The position numbers and the translations under genes were made by a program. Source: Anthoceros angustus (lineage: Eukaryota; Plantae; Anthocerotophyta). From it: 64,000 nucleotides of DNA. Below are positions 49,807 to 61,520 of the stretch, one piece after another. The stretch lies in assembly GCA_010909165.1 (NCBI GenBank), contig MU008210.1:1-64000 (forward strand), written 5' to 3'. The notes below the pieces were generated by a model that had not been told where the DNA came from, ran no database searches, and was given only the letters and a program-made list of their open reading frames with translations. Within the stretch, counting starts at the first letter, position 1. Each line of letters starts with the position of its first letter.

Positions 49807-50520
49807 TGTTTGCGTCCTGCAAACAGAATCTCTGAAGGTACTTCTTAACCTTCCACCCATTCACTCTAGTTGGCGAAATCCCCATCCGGCTGCGTGGTTG
49901 CGGATCCATTCTCATACTGCCACCACCTCATAAGGTCCCATCCATCTCAACCTAAGCTTCCAGGAAGTCCATATATCGGCTATCATATAGAAGAACCAAA
50001 TCCCGGCCATGATAGCTTCTTGCTTCCTCAACTTCCCATCATGCCTATCCTTTCTAAGCTCCACGAATTCTGAGTTTCTTCTAAAGCATCTTCCCTACGT
50101 TCCTCCTGCTCTATGAAAGACTCTAGTCTAGCTTCCTGACTATCCTCTACAGTCATGCGTTCATCCTCCATGATTCTATAGGTAGGTACTTCAAATTCCA
50201 CTAGCATCACAGGAGACATGCCATATGTTAAGTAATAAGAGGTCTTCTTGGTTGTCACCTTCTCCGCTGTCCTGTAAGCCCATAATGCCTGCATCTAAGA
50301 TCTTCTTCACCGTGATTTACACTGAATAATGGCCTCCAACCTCTTCTGCATGCAAAGCTTCTTTAAGAAGAAGCTTCCTTCCCTTCAAACAACGTCGGAT
50401 CTTCTCATCCAAACCAAGCTTGTATAAGACCCCATCTCTTAGACAATAAGGCACAGCTCTAGGGAGAAAGACAGCACGCCCTTCCCTAGACAAACTATCC
50501 AACATGATTCCGTGCTCCAA
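49807..50520 (-). pseudogene. Integrase lacking the catalytic core
   Basis: EKIRRCL...LHAEEVGGHYSV.ITVKKILDAG is joined directly to LWAYRTAEKVTT...VEFEVPT...VNGWKVKKY. Confidence 0.85.
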
Positions 50521-51399
50521 GAAATTTCATACCTCACCATTCAATAACATGGACATGGGAGTCCTTCACGTTCTAATCTCCTCCTTCCACGCATACCACG
50601 TCGCCTCCTGCTAGCTCGCCCACCAGCAGCCCCGCGTTGTTCCATCCACAAATCAGTTTCTCCCCATCTTTGCAAGTTTTGAGCTGCGGCCGTTTTGCAT
50701 GCTCCTCCTCCAACAACGTTCGGTTCTTCCATTCCTGCTGGTCTAGCCTCGTGTCCAGGTCCAGCTCGTGCTCCCATGGCGACCTCCTCGCTGTTTGCAC
50801 CCCATGGCCACCTCATGAGTGATTTCCCATGAATCTGCCATTTTCTTCTCCTGCCGTTTTTGCTCAAGCTTCTCATGGGATGCATCTCCTTCCTCGCCCT
50901 CTGGCGCACCTACCTCCCTAGGGTCGTCTCCTCCTTGCGGCCCCATGGCGCAGCCCACCTTGCCAAGTGGGGCGCCTTTTCTTTTCTTGAGCGCTCCCAT
51001 ATCCGTTTTGCTTCTTTCTTTTGCCAACGTGGCCTCCACTTGCAGCCCTCCTGACTGCTCACCCTTGAGGAGCATTCCAGCCTCCTCCTCGCGCCCATAC
51101 TGGCGCCCTTTTATCCTCTCGGTTCCAGTTGTCCTGCTGCGGCCTTTCACTGCGCTCCCTTCTTGCTCATTTGACCTCTCTGGCAGCAAGGCTTGCTGAT
51201 CAATCCTTAGGCCGTCTACAACATGCTCACGTCCTCCCCTTCAACCCAGGCCGTGGCAACCAACTCCTCGTCGAAAATCGGTCATCTGTGGCCTCAAGTC
51301 GCTCTCCGGTTTTGTCGAAAAATGAAACTGCATTCTCATGCTCTTTCGCACCTTCTTAAACTCTACCATCTCCTCTACACTTAGAAATCTTCACCACCT

Positions 51400-52450
51400 T
51401 ACCACATTCTAGCTCTAATTTTTCTATGGCACATGGATCTACATGTGTTCCTCTAACTCCTTCCTACTGCTGTTTCCCAACTTTTATCAAGAAAGGTCAT
51501 ACCATAGGCCTTGCTTTTGCGAAGGCTACATCCTTGTGGCCGTGGTGGTACTCTCTCCTCTATCTAATCATACAAAGACTCCCTCCTCTTCCTTTGCAGA
51601 GTCCTCAATCGGACCAACGTGTGATGTGCATAGCTCAAGCCACAAAACCGGTTCAGAGATATAGCTCTCAAACCATCCCAATGCAATGGTGATACAATCT
51701 CATACGTGTGACTATACCGCTACTGGGCATGACCTCGAAGTACTCTAGGAAAATTTTGGAGACAATCCGCTGTTGAGGCTTCCAAATTCGCATGAGTCAC
51801 ATGTTCAAAAGTTTGCACAAAAGCCTGAGCATCTTCACCTCGTTGCTTCTCCCCAAATCTCACATATTGCTGGTGGTGGTGACTTCCACCACCTCCACTT
51901 CCTCCACTCATGGTTGAGGCGTCCACAAAAGTGGGCACCTCCAAGAAACTCCACCTGTCTGGCGGTAAATAATCTGCAAGCGGGATGTACTATACAGACT
52001 TGGGCACACAAGCGCCTCGATCCTCTTAACAAGCAAGGTTGAAAGGGCAGCAAGATGGGCGTAATTGATCAAGACCTTGCAAACCTCGGCCATTAGATCT
52101 TGCCCCAACTTCTCCCGCCAAATCTCACCCTCTTGCCTTCCTCCTCTTCGACGACCAACTCGAGCTAGAAGAGCTCAACAATCACGCCAAAAATCCTCCT
52201 CTTGCAAGAACGGAAGATGTACCTTGGAAATTATTGGCGGCTGATTCTTGACCCTCACCCTTGATCAGCCTCGGCAACAACCTCCTTCCTCTCGCTGTCC
52301 GTGAGCACAACCTCCTCTTGCTCTTAGACAACTTCTCTTCTTCCTCAACGGAACCCTTGAAGATGTTAGCACATGTAGCTTCCTCCAAGAGCTCTCTCCT
52401 CCACTTCTTCCTTTGCACATCAGCAGCAACTAAGCTTTCTTCACGCACAT
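51400..52450 (-). pseudogene. gag: gag of B2 (diverged from the B1 gag)
   Basis: VRFGEKQRGEDAQAFVQTFEHVTHANLEASTADCLQNFPRVLRGHAQ. Confidence 0.8.
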
Positions 52451-53470
52451 GATTTCTCCATTCAGTTCACAAATCCCTTGCAGACAAAGGCGGGGTGATC
52501 TCCTCTCAACTCCTACGAAAATTACTTCCTCCCTCCCACTAGACTTACGCAAGCACGCTCACACCCCTCAACACACAACTATCCAAAACAGCAAATCCCC
52601 TCCTACTCCTGTTCCACTCATGTTGCTTGGTCCGGATGAGCTAGGCGAACTCACACTCCCTTCCTCTCCTGCAGTAAATTCTCCAACCAAAGTTCTCTGC
52701 AGAAAGGGTGTCTGCACAAAGATTGGGGGCGTTGTGGGATGGTGTCTCCCTAGGTGTGCGTCCCAAGGGAGCTGAGTGATTCTATCAAGCGCTCCGCAAG
52801 ATCTTGACCATAGAAATTCCCCTTGCTCACCCTCCTCCTTCACTTTGTTTTGGAAGTTGAGCTAGATCCACCACTCCTGAAGGTCCAGCGTTGAGAAGGC
52901 CCGGTGCTGGTAGCTGAACTTGAATCGTGCTCGAAGCGGTGCTTCCTCCTCGCTTTCCTCTTCACACAACTCCTCTTCAACCACCTCCTTTGTTGTCGGT
53001 GATTTGCGTCCCTTCTCGAGCGTTTTCTGCTGGATCACTTGGCTCCCCTTGTAGGCAAGGGCAAAAAGCCTCCTCCTCAAGCGCCCTTAGCTCTTCCTCC
53101 TCCACGGAGCCGTGCAACCACCGCTGCGTTTTCCTCCCTCCATTGATTTCTTCTTGCAGCTCTTAGATCTCTTGCGATGGTGGGGTGACCTCCTATGGTT
53201 TTCTCCTCTCCCCTCCCTCACATACATCTGCAAGCATCCTCATAGCCTCCAAAACACGGTTGTTAAAGAAAAATCAGCCAACCGCCATCGCCATTCTTGC
53301 TGCGAGAACACAAAATCACACCATTCGGGAGGCGTGGGCTCCTCCTTCACAACGCAGGTTCCAGGACGTGTAGGCTTCTTCCTAGACCCCGCTCCACCTC
53401 CTTACAAGATCTTCTCAGCTCATCTGCAAGCTAGCAACAAAATCTCAAAATTTCAATTGTTTAGCCACAA

Positions 53471-53488
53471 GTCCCGGCAGCAGCGCCA
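53471..53488 (-). other. Primer-binding site, B2 (longest version)
   Basis: TGGCGCTGCTGCCGGGAC, 14/18 match to the plant tRNA-Asp-type PBS TGGCGCCGTTGCCGGGGA. Confidence 0.8.
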
Positions 53489-56400
53489 AAAATGTGGGAG
53501 GAAAACCCGGGGCACTCGAGATTCCCCTCTAGCGGCCACACTTATCCCACGTTTGTCGTTGGGTTTCGTCCCATGAGACTTGGGAGCAGTGAATCTTGAG
53601 AAATCCGTCACTACTGCACACTACCTCAGCCTTCTAAACAAGCAAGGCGCCCTCTCACTCCCTCTACCGGCTCCCGTCGCCCGTAAACTCACTCCCCTCA
53701 ACCTACGACACCACAATTGCAGTTCGTCTTATGCTGTCTATCACGGGCGCCGGGGACCCCGACCCACACCGCAACCGTCCCTACTCCTAAGACACTCTTC
53801 TCCACGGGCGCCCTCTTACTTGCAGTTGGGATTCGTCCCTTAGGCTCACTGTGGCCTTAGTTTTCCTACACTCTAATCCTCCTCACAACTCTCTCAATCA
53901 ACGCCTCTTCTTCTCTACTCATCTACCCTTCCTTCCTCCACAATCTCCTACTCTAACACCAATTGCTGGCTCATTAATTCCAACTCGCCCTTACGGCTGG
54001 CACGTCCGTCAGGAAGTGGAGTTCTTCCTTGGGCGGTTGCTATGTGGTTTGCAGGCGAGAACCTCCGAGTCTTCCCACGAGTCTACCCTCAAGCCGAGTT
54101 CCTTGAGCATCGCCACACACTCAAAGCAAAACAATTCACCTGCAACCATTCACAAGGAGGCGGCGCCTGCAAGAGCAAGCCCTCCACCCGGCCTCCGACC
54201 CCGTTCTCCTCTCTGCAGACCTGCGTTGGCTTGCGGCACGAAATTCTGCACACAAAGTGAAGGACTCGGGAGGATGGGGCGCAAGACACGATAATTTTAC
54301 TTCACAAGCTCCCTCCTTTTATAGGAGGTCCTCACATCTGACCTCCCACAGCGCGCCCTCCAGCCTTTGCCTCCTTATTTTAGTGTATCCTATTGTCGAC
54401 TTTAAGTTCGACATCCAAGCATCTTGGGTAAAATTCTATTCTAGCAAATTCCACCTATGTGAGCCTTAATGGCTCTGTCAACATTCCTATCTAGCTAGTC
54501 AACACACTCTCTGGTGACAAGCATTAATGCTGTCCTCCTCTAAAGAAAAGTCTTCCCAAGTGGCATCTTGCCCCAAGCTAATTTAAGGACTTCTTATGAA
54601 TCCCTTATCTTGATCCTCCTCACAACTCTCTCAATCAACAACGCCCTCTTCTTCTTTTCCTCATTTCTCTTCTTCTCTACTCATCTACCCTTCCTCTCTT
54701 CTTCTTTTCCTCCCACCGTGACTTCCTTTCCCCTTCCCCTCTTCCTTCTTGGGAGCTTCCAAACCGTGACTTCCTTTCCCCTTCCCCTCTTCCTTCTTTA
54801 GGGACCTCTACATGTGCCTCTCTCCACCTTACATCCCTTGCTTGTCTTCTTCTCTACTCATCTACCCTTCCTTCCTCCACAATCTCCTACTCTAATCCTC
54901 CTTCCTCTCCTTTCTTACCTCCGGAGACTCAAGGCCTTTGCCTTGCTCATGGGATCTTACATCCCTTGCTTGGTAGGTCCTTGTCTTCTTCCTTCCTCCA
55001 CAATCTCCTACTCTAACACCAATTGCTTGGTAGGTCCTTGTCTCAAGACTCTTTTCCAAGTGCTCCACTTGAGCTTCCATCCTCATAACATCCTCCACAA
55101 TCTCCTACTCTAACACCAATTGCTTGAAGCATCTCTCTTTGCCATCTTCCTCACCCTTCCTCCACCTCCTTCACCTCTTCTCCACAGGGCGCCCTCTTAC
55201 TTGCAGTTGGGATTCGTCCCTTAGGCTCACTGTGGCCGTTTTCCTACACTCTAATCCTCCTCACAACTCTCTCAATCAACAACGCCCTCTTCTTCTCTAC
55301 TCATCTACCCTTCCTTCCTCCACAATCTCCTACTCTAACACCAATTGCTGGCTCATTAATTCCAACTCGCCCTTACGGCTGCACGGTCCGTCCGAATTGA
55401 GTTCTTCCTTGGGCGGTTGCTATGTGGTTTGCAGCGAGAACCTCCGAGTCTTTCCAGTCTACCCTCAAGCCGAGAGTTCCTTGAGCATCGCCACACACTC
55501 AAAGCAAAACAATTCACACACAACCATTCACAAGGGAGGCGCTAGAGGCGCACAAAGAGCAAGCCCTCCGCCCGGCACTCCGACGCGTTCTCCTCTCTGC
55601 AGACCTGCGTTGGCTTGCGGCACGAAATTCTGCACACAAAGTGAAGGACTCGGGAGGATGGGGCGCAAGACACGATAATTTTACTTCACAAGCTCCCTCC
55701 TTTTATAGGAGGTCCTCACATCTGACCTCCCCACGCGCCCTCCAGCCGCCTTACTCCTTATTTTAGTGTATCCTATTGTCGACTTTAAGTTCGACATCCA
55801 AGCATCTTGGGTAAAATTCTATTCTAGCAAATTCACCTATGTGAGCCTTAATGGCTCTCAACATTCCTATCTAGCTAGTCAACACACTCTCTTTGGGGAC
55901 AAGCATTAATGCTCCTCCTCTAAAGAAAAGTCTTCCCAAGTGGCATCTTGCCCCATGTCTTCAAGCATCCCTTCCCTTGATGCGATATTAATAAAATCCC
56001 TCTCTTGCCTCATCTTCTTTCCTTCCTCCTTCCTCCACGTAGCTTCTCTCCTTCCTCTCCTTCTCTTCCTGTGAGCTTTCTTCCTTAGATCCTTCCCCTC
56101 TTCCCTTCTCAACTCCTCCCACCGTGACTTCCTTTCCCTCCTACCGTGGTAGGACCTTCTCCCACCTTCTTGGGAGTTCCCACTCCCCCTACCCTTCCTT
56201 CCTCCACAATCTCCTACTCTAATCCTCCTTCCTCCACAATCTCCTACTCTAATCCTCCTTCCTCCACCTTCTCCTCTCGAGCTGCCAATTGCTTGGTAGG
56301 TCCTTGTCTCAAGACTCTTTTCCAAGTGCTCCACTTGAGCTTCCATCCTCATAACATCCTCCACCTTCTTGAACATCTCCCCTATCCTCCTTCTCTTCCT

Positions 56401-59400
56401 TCTTGGCATCTTCTCTTTGGGGACAAAACTTTTCTTCTCCCCTTGTCCCGCCCACCGCTCTCTCCTGCCATCCTCCAACTCCTCCAACTCCTCCCACCGT
56501 GACTTCCTTTTCCATTTCCAATCTTTGGACAAAATGTGGTCTTCTTCCTTCAATTCCAACTCCCCCACTCCTTTTCCATGTCACTAATCTTCACTGTGTG
56601 GCTATGACCGCTCATGTGCCTACTTGCCTTTGTCTTTGTCCTCATTTCTTTGATTGCTCTCGTCTTGACCTTTCCTCCATTAGCAGCACTTGCTTGTCTT
56701 GCCTTCTTTTCCCATGTGCACCATGTGAGCAAGTTGCTCCACCTTCTCCTCTCGAGCTGCCAATTGCTTGGTAAGAGCCTTGTTCTCCGAATATGATGGT
56801 TTGTTTCCTGCCTGTCTCAAGACTCTTTTCCAAGTGCTCCACTTGAGCTTCCATCCTCATAACATCCTCCGCATTGGGTTTCCGCTCGCCTACCCCAATT
56901 TCCCTTGCTTGGTAGGTCCTTGTCTTCTCGCCTCCGTCTTCAAGAATTCAACTCTCCTCTTGGCGGCTCCTATGTCTACCTTCTTGAACATCTCCCCTAT
57001 CGCATCTCCTCCAACATGTCTAAGTCTCCTTTCTTACCTCAGGAGACTCAAGGCCTTTGCCTTGCTCATGGGATCTTACATCCCTTGCTTCCCTATGATG
57101 AGCTCCCGCTCATCACTCGAGCAACTCCTCCCACCGTGACTCCATCCGCCCACCTAGCAGGGCCGTTGCCTTCTTATCTCTCCCCTTGGGAGCTTCCAAA
57201 CCGTGACTTCCTTTCCCTCCTACCGTGGTAGGAGGTGCTCCGTAGGACTACTTCCTACCGTGGTAGGACTAATTCACCCTGTAGGCCTTGTCATGAGAGG
57301 ACGAAGGGGTCCCAAACCCTTTGTGGGAACACCTCCCACCCTCGCGGTGATTCACCATGGTAGGATCTATCCTACCTTCCATCTCGCATCCTCCTTGGTC
57401 CAAACTTCAAATCCCCTACAACTTCTCCTTGCAAGTCCTCCGCATCCTCGGCCTATCTTTGGAGGATTCCTTCCGGCAATAATGTCGGTGGTGCTTGGCA
57501 CCTCCTTTAGCGCAAAGCACCAAGCACTCCTGTCCCTCTCACGGCTGTAAGTACACAATGTTAAAGGGATGCTTGGAATCATCCAACTCCTTACTTGTGA
57601 GTAGCCTCTACTTCCCACAAATGCACTAGATAAGTGCTAAGATAGCATGGCCTTGGGTGTCTTCATCCGCGCGTTGGGTTTCAACTTCTCCGGTGGTAGG
57701 TGTATGCTTCATACATGATGAGCCCCAATCCGGCTTCGCTCCTTGAGTGATCTTCCATAGAAAATGGAGGAAGGTAGTGCTGAAATATGACACCCTTGGA
57801 TTGCTCACCAAGCCCAAAACAATTCTTGTGAACAATCTCCACTTGGGCTCCAAGATTTGGTCCATCCCGTTCTTGGACTTAGCCTTCATGCCCTTGCATA
57901 AGTGTAAGGGCTCCTTGGGAAGATCCGCCGTTGATGCACGCTTGCCTCCACTCGTTCCTTCCATCAGCGTGATTCCGCTATCCTCGCTATCCGCTGCCAT
58001 ATACAGCGTATGCTCCTTATATCCAACACCGTGGATCCGTCCGTGCGTTCCTATCCGGTAAGGCGGCCAATTCCTCTTCCGTCTGCTGCATTAGCAAAAC
58101 ACTCCTCTATCAATTCAAGGTTGGTGTAAGACCAATGTCGCCCATACACCCTCTAGCTGAATATTCTCCTCTGCTGCCCAAGGTCGAAAGTCTGAAAGGT
58201 CTCTAGAGGATAGCTGGCACATAGCACGTAAATAAGGGCATGTCAAATTTCCACCCTCAGTCGATCCTCCCTTAGACCTCTTGCCTCCTGCGCCACCTCC
58301 TTGGTGGACGCTCCTTCCTTAGCTACTACCTCCTTGCCCTTGGTCATGGTAGGCTTGGTCATGGCCTCCTTGGTTAGTACTTGCACGAAATTGAAGAAAA
58401 GTGATGCCTCTGCAATTCCTGCGGCACTTCTATCCTTGCAAAGCGTTTCTCCTCCTCGTGATTTGCTCTTGCTCACAGCTCAAAGGTCCTTGCCCTTGCT
58501 CTCCTCCTGCAGTCCTTACACCTTGGCGTCCCAAAACCCCGATTTCTCCTGCAGAAAGCTCACCAAAATTCCCCACGGACTCTTACCACGGCAATTTAGG
58601 AGCCCTTCTGCACGGTTTCCTAGCAATCTTGCCACGCTCCACCCTCCTAGGCACCCTCACGAGCTTGGCAAGTGTTGGGTTGCGCCCCAACCTTCTTCTC
58701 CCTTCTCTTCTTCCTCTTTTCCTCCTTCTTCTCTCTTGGGCGCTGGATTTCGCCTCCTTGAGCTTGCGCCCTCCTTCTCCTCCTCAACACGGTGCGTGTC
58801 GCGCGTTGCTGTATGGGGCCTTGGGCAGCTTGAGGTGTGGCGGCGCCTTCTGCTGTGGAGTCTCTTCAAGTTTACGAGTTGTGGCCTCCTGAGCTGCGAC
58901 CACTTTTATAAGTCACCCAAGGGTTAGAAAAAGTAACTACCATTCTATCCTCTGCCCTTGGATGTGTGCCACGTGGCCCCTCTCACCATTGATGTTAGTT
59001 TCCTAATTTCCTTATACTAAAATACCATTTCCCTATTTTCTAATTTCTAATTAGAAAATTAGCCTCTAATTTCTTAATTACCTATTTTGGCCTATTTATC
59101 TAGTCCACTAAAAGACTCTATATATAGCAAGCCTATCCTGCCTAAAACATAAGCTACCTTCCTTAGCAACCTATCTCCTCTGGTGGTAGGACACCTCCTA
59201 CCATGGTGGCGTTTTCCCTTTCTCCTACCACGGTAGGAGTTTCTCTGGCGGTGGGATACCCTCTCCTACCATGGGAGCTATTCCTACTGGTAGGTGATCA
59301 AAACACTAGCGGTCATCTCCTCTACGGTGGTAGGATCTCTCCTACCCTCGTCTACCATGGTAGGAGTTTCTCCTACGGTGGTGGACACCTCCTACCACTC

Positions 59401-59606
59401 ATGTAGGTTACCTTTTCTCCTCACCAGTGGGTCGTTTTGACCCGTTTCTTTTCCTATCCTCTGCCTTCCCGACATGGTCCTACAACTCCCGCTCAAAAGG
59501 AGCAAAAATTTCCTTGCATGTCTTCACCAAACCATTTCTAGCAAAGAGTGTGGGCTGTTCCAAAGCAACTCATTTAAGCTAGTTGCCCAAACTTTTGCGT
59601 TCCACA

Positions 59607-60129
59607 CTTGCCCACACATTAGGAAGGCAGCGGGGGAAGAGGCGAGAGCAAAGGAGGCGAGGCCAATCCACCAGGGACGTCACTACAGCGGTGAGGACTA
59701 GGTATGGTCAAAGACCATAAATGATAAGGGGAAGAATAGGAAGGATAACTGGAGCAGACTGACATTCTTTAAAGATGACCATAGGTGAAGTTGCTAGAAT
59801 AGAATTTACCTAGGATCAGACAATCGACTTAGATGCCAAGCCTTAAATGTTGGCGGTAGGAAATAATAGACTATTGGAAAAGGTGACTTGCAGTAGGGCC
59901 ACCTAAGGGAGGTTGTATGTGGGAGGCCTCCTATAAAGGGAGGAGGATTTCACAAAGTAAAGTATCATGTCTTGCGCTTCCATACTCGAATTACATACAT
60001 CACCAGAGCCATTGTGGGGTGAGAGTGGCGTGGTGAACTTTGTGGAGGACTTGCTCCTTGCAAGGGCCTAAACAAGTTGCTCCCCTTGTGAATGGTTGTT
60101 GTGAAGTTGCTTTACTTCGGGTGTGTGGC
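59607..60129 (+). mobile_element. Family C-like LTR fragment (promoter/TATA/R start)
   Basis: Colinear with ~1558-2115. TATAAAGGG at 59932. Confidence 0.8.
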
Positions 60130-61520
60130 TGTGGAACGCAAAAGTTTGGGCAACTAGCTTAAATGAGTTCGTTTTGAAACAGGCCCACACTCTTTTTCTA
60201 GAAATGGTTTGGTGAAGACATGCAAGGAAATGTTTTGCTCCTTTTTGAGCGTGAGTTGTAGGACCATGTCGGGAAGGCAGAGGAGATATGCAGGGAAAAA
60301 GAAACGGGTCAAAACGACCTCTGGTGAGGAGAAAAGGTAACCTACATGAGTGGTAGGAGGTGTCCTACGTGGAGAAACTCCTACCATGGTGACGAGGGTA
60401 GGAGAGATCCTACCACCGTAGGAGAAAGACCCTGCTAGTGCTTTGATCACCTACCAGTGTAGGAATAGCTCCTACCATGGTAGGAAAGGGTAGGAAGATA
60501 TCCTACCACCGTAGGAGTAACTCCTACCGTGGTAGGAGAAGAGGAAAAACGCCTACCATGGTAGGATGGTGTCCTACCACGGTAGGAGATAGGTTGCTAA
60601 GGAAGGTAGCTTATGTTTTAGGCAAGATAGGCTTGCTATATATAGGGTCTTTTAGTGGACTAGATAAATAGGCCAAAATAGGTAATTAGAAATTAGAGGC
60701 TAATTTTCAATAATTAGAAATTAGAAAATAGGGAAAATGGTATTTTAGTATAAGGAATTAGAAACTAACATCAATGGTGAGAAAAGGGGCCACGTGGCAC
60801 ACATCCAAGGGCAGGATAGAATGGTAGTTATTTTTCTAACCCTTGGGTGACTTATAAAAGTGGTGCAGTGCTGCGAGGCCATATCTCGAAACTCGGACGG
60901 CCTCATTGCAAGGCGCCGCCACATCACTCAAGGCCCCACCATCGCGCCATACACGCCCATGTTGAGCTGAAGAGGAGGCGCAAGTTGGGCAAGAGAGGAG
61001 AAAAGGCGGGGCGCCAAGAGGAGGTGCAGAAGAAAAAGAAAAGAGGAAGAGAAGCAGGTGCAAACCACACCTCCTTTCTTTCAGGAGGCGATAGGAAGGG
61101 TGGGGCGTGGCAGGATGCGAGAAATTGTGAAGGAAAAGCTCCCAAATCGGAACACAAGTGTAAGGACTCGTGAGGAACTTTGGAGGAGAATTTCGTTTCA
61201 AGTCATAACAGGCAGAGTTGGTGCTTGGGAAGGCTAGGTGCAAGGCCAGGTGGCTTGTGGCAGGTGAAGAAGAAGGGCGTGAGCTCAGCAGGAGGTGGAA
61301 GTCCATGAGCGCCCAAGAGAAAAGCGGGAGGAAATTGAGGAAGAGAAGGAGAAGAAGGTTGGGCGCAACCCAACACTTATCAAGCTCGTGAGGGTGCCTA
61401 GGAGGTGGAGCGTGGCAAGATTGCTAGAAACCGTGAAGGAAGGGCTCCTAAATTGCATGGCGGTGTAAGAGCCCGTGGGGGAATTTTGGTGAGCTTTCTC
61501 TTGCGGGGAGAAATCGGGGT
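60130..61520 (+). mobile_element. Truncated family B LTR (L5), 5' portion, opposite orientation; part re-duplicated at ~61980-62350
   Basis: Starts exactly at TGTGGAACGCAAAAG. Reverse complement of the L3/L4 5' ends. Homology is lost after AAATCGGGG at ~61520. Confidence 0.85.

Larger units (their letters stand above)
42615..59606 (-). mobile_element. Element B2: internally deleted (non-autonomous) family B derivative
   Basis: LTR L4 (53493-59606), PBS, gag, RH-IN linker, IN zinc finger, IN C-terminus, PPT (49792-49806), LTR L3 (~42615-49791). PR, RT, most of RH and the IN core are absent. Confidence 0.85.

Noticed and set aside
53471-53488. tRNA gene
   Set aside because: Only an 18-nt primer-binding complement is present; there is no cloverleaf.
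55906-56568. 220-aa minus-strand ORF as a novel protein
   Set aside because: It is a collage of out-of-order cargo fragments within a scrambled patch and is absent from other copies.
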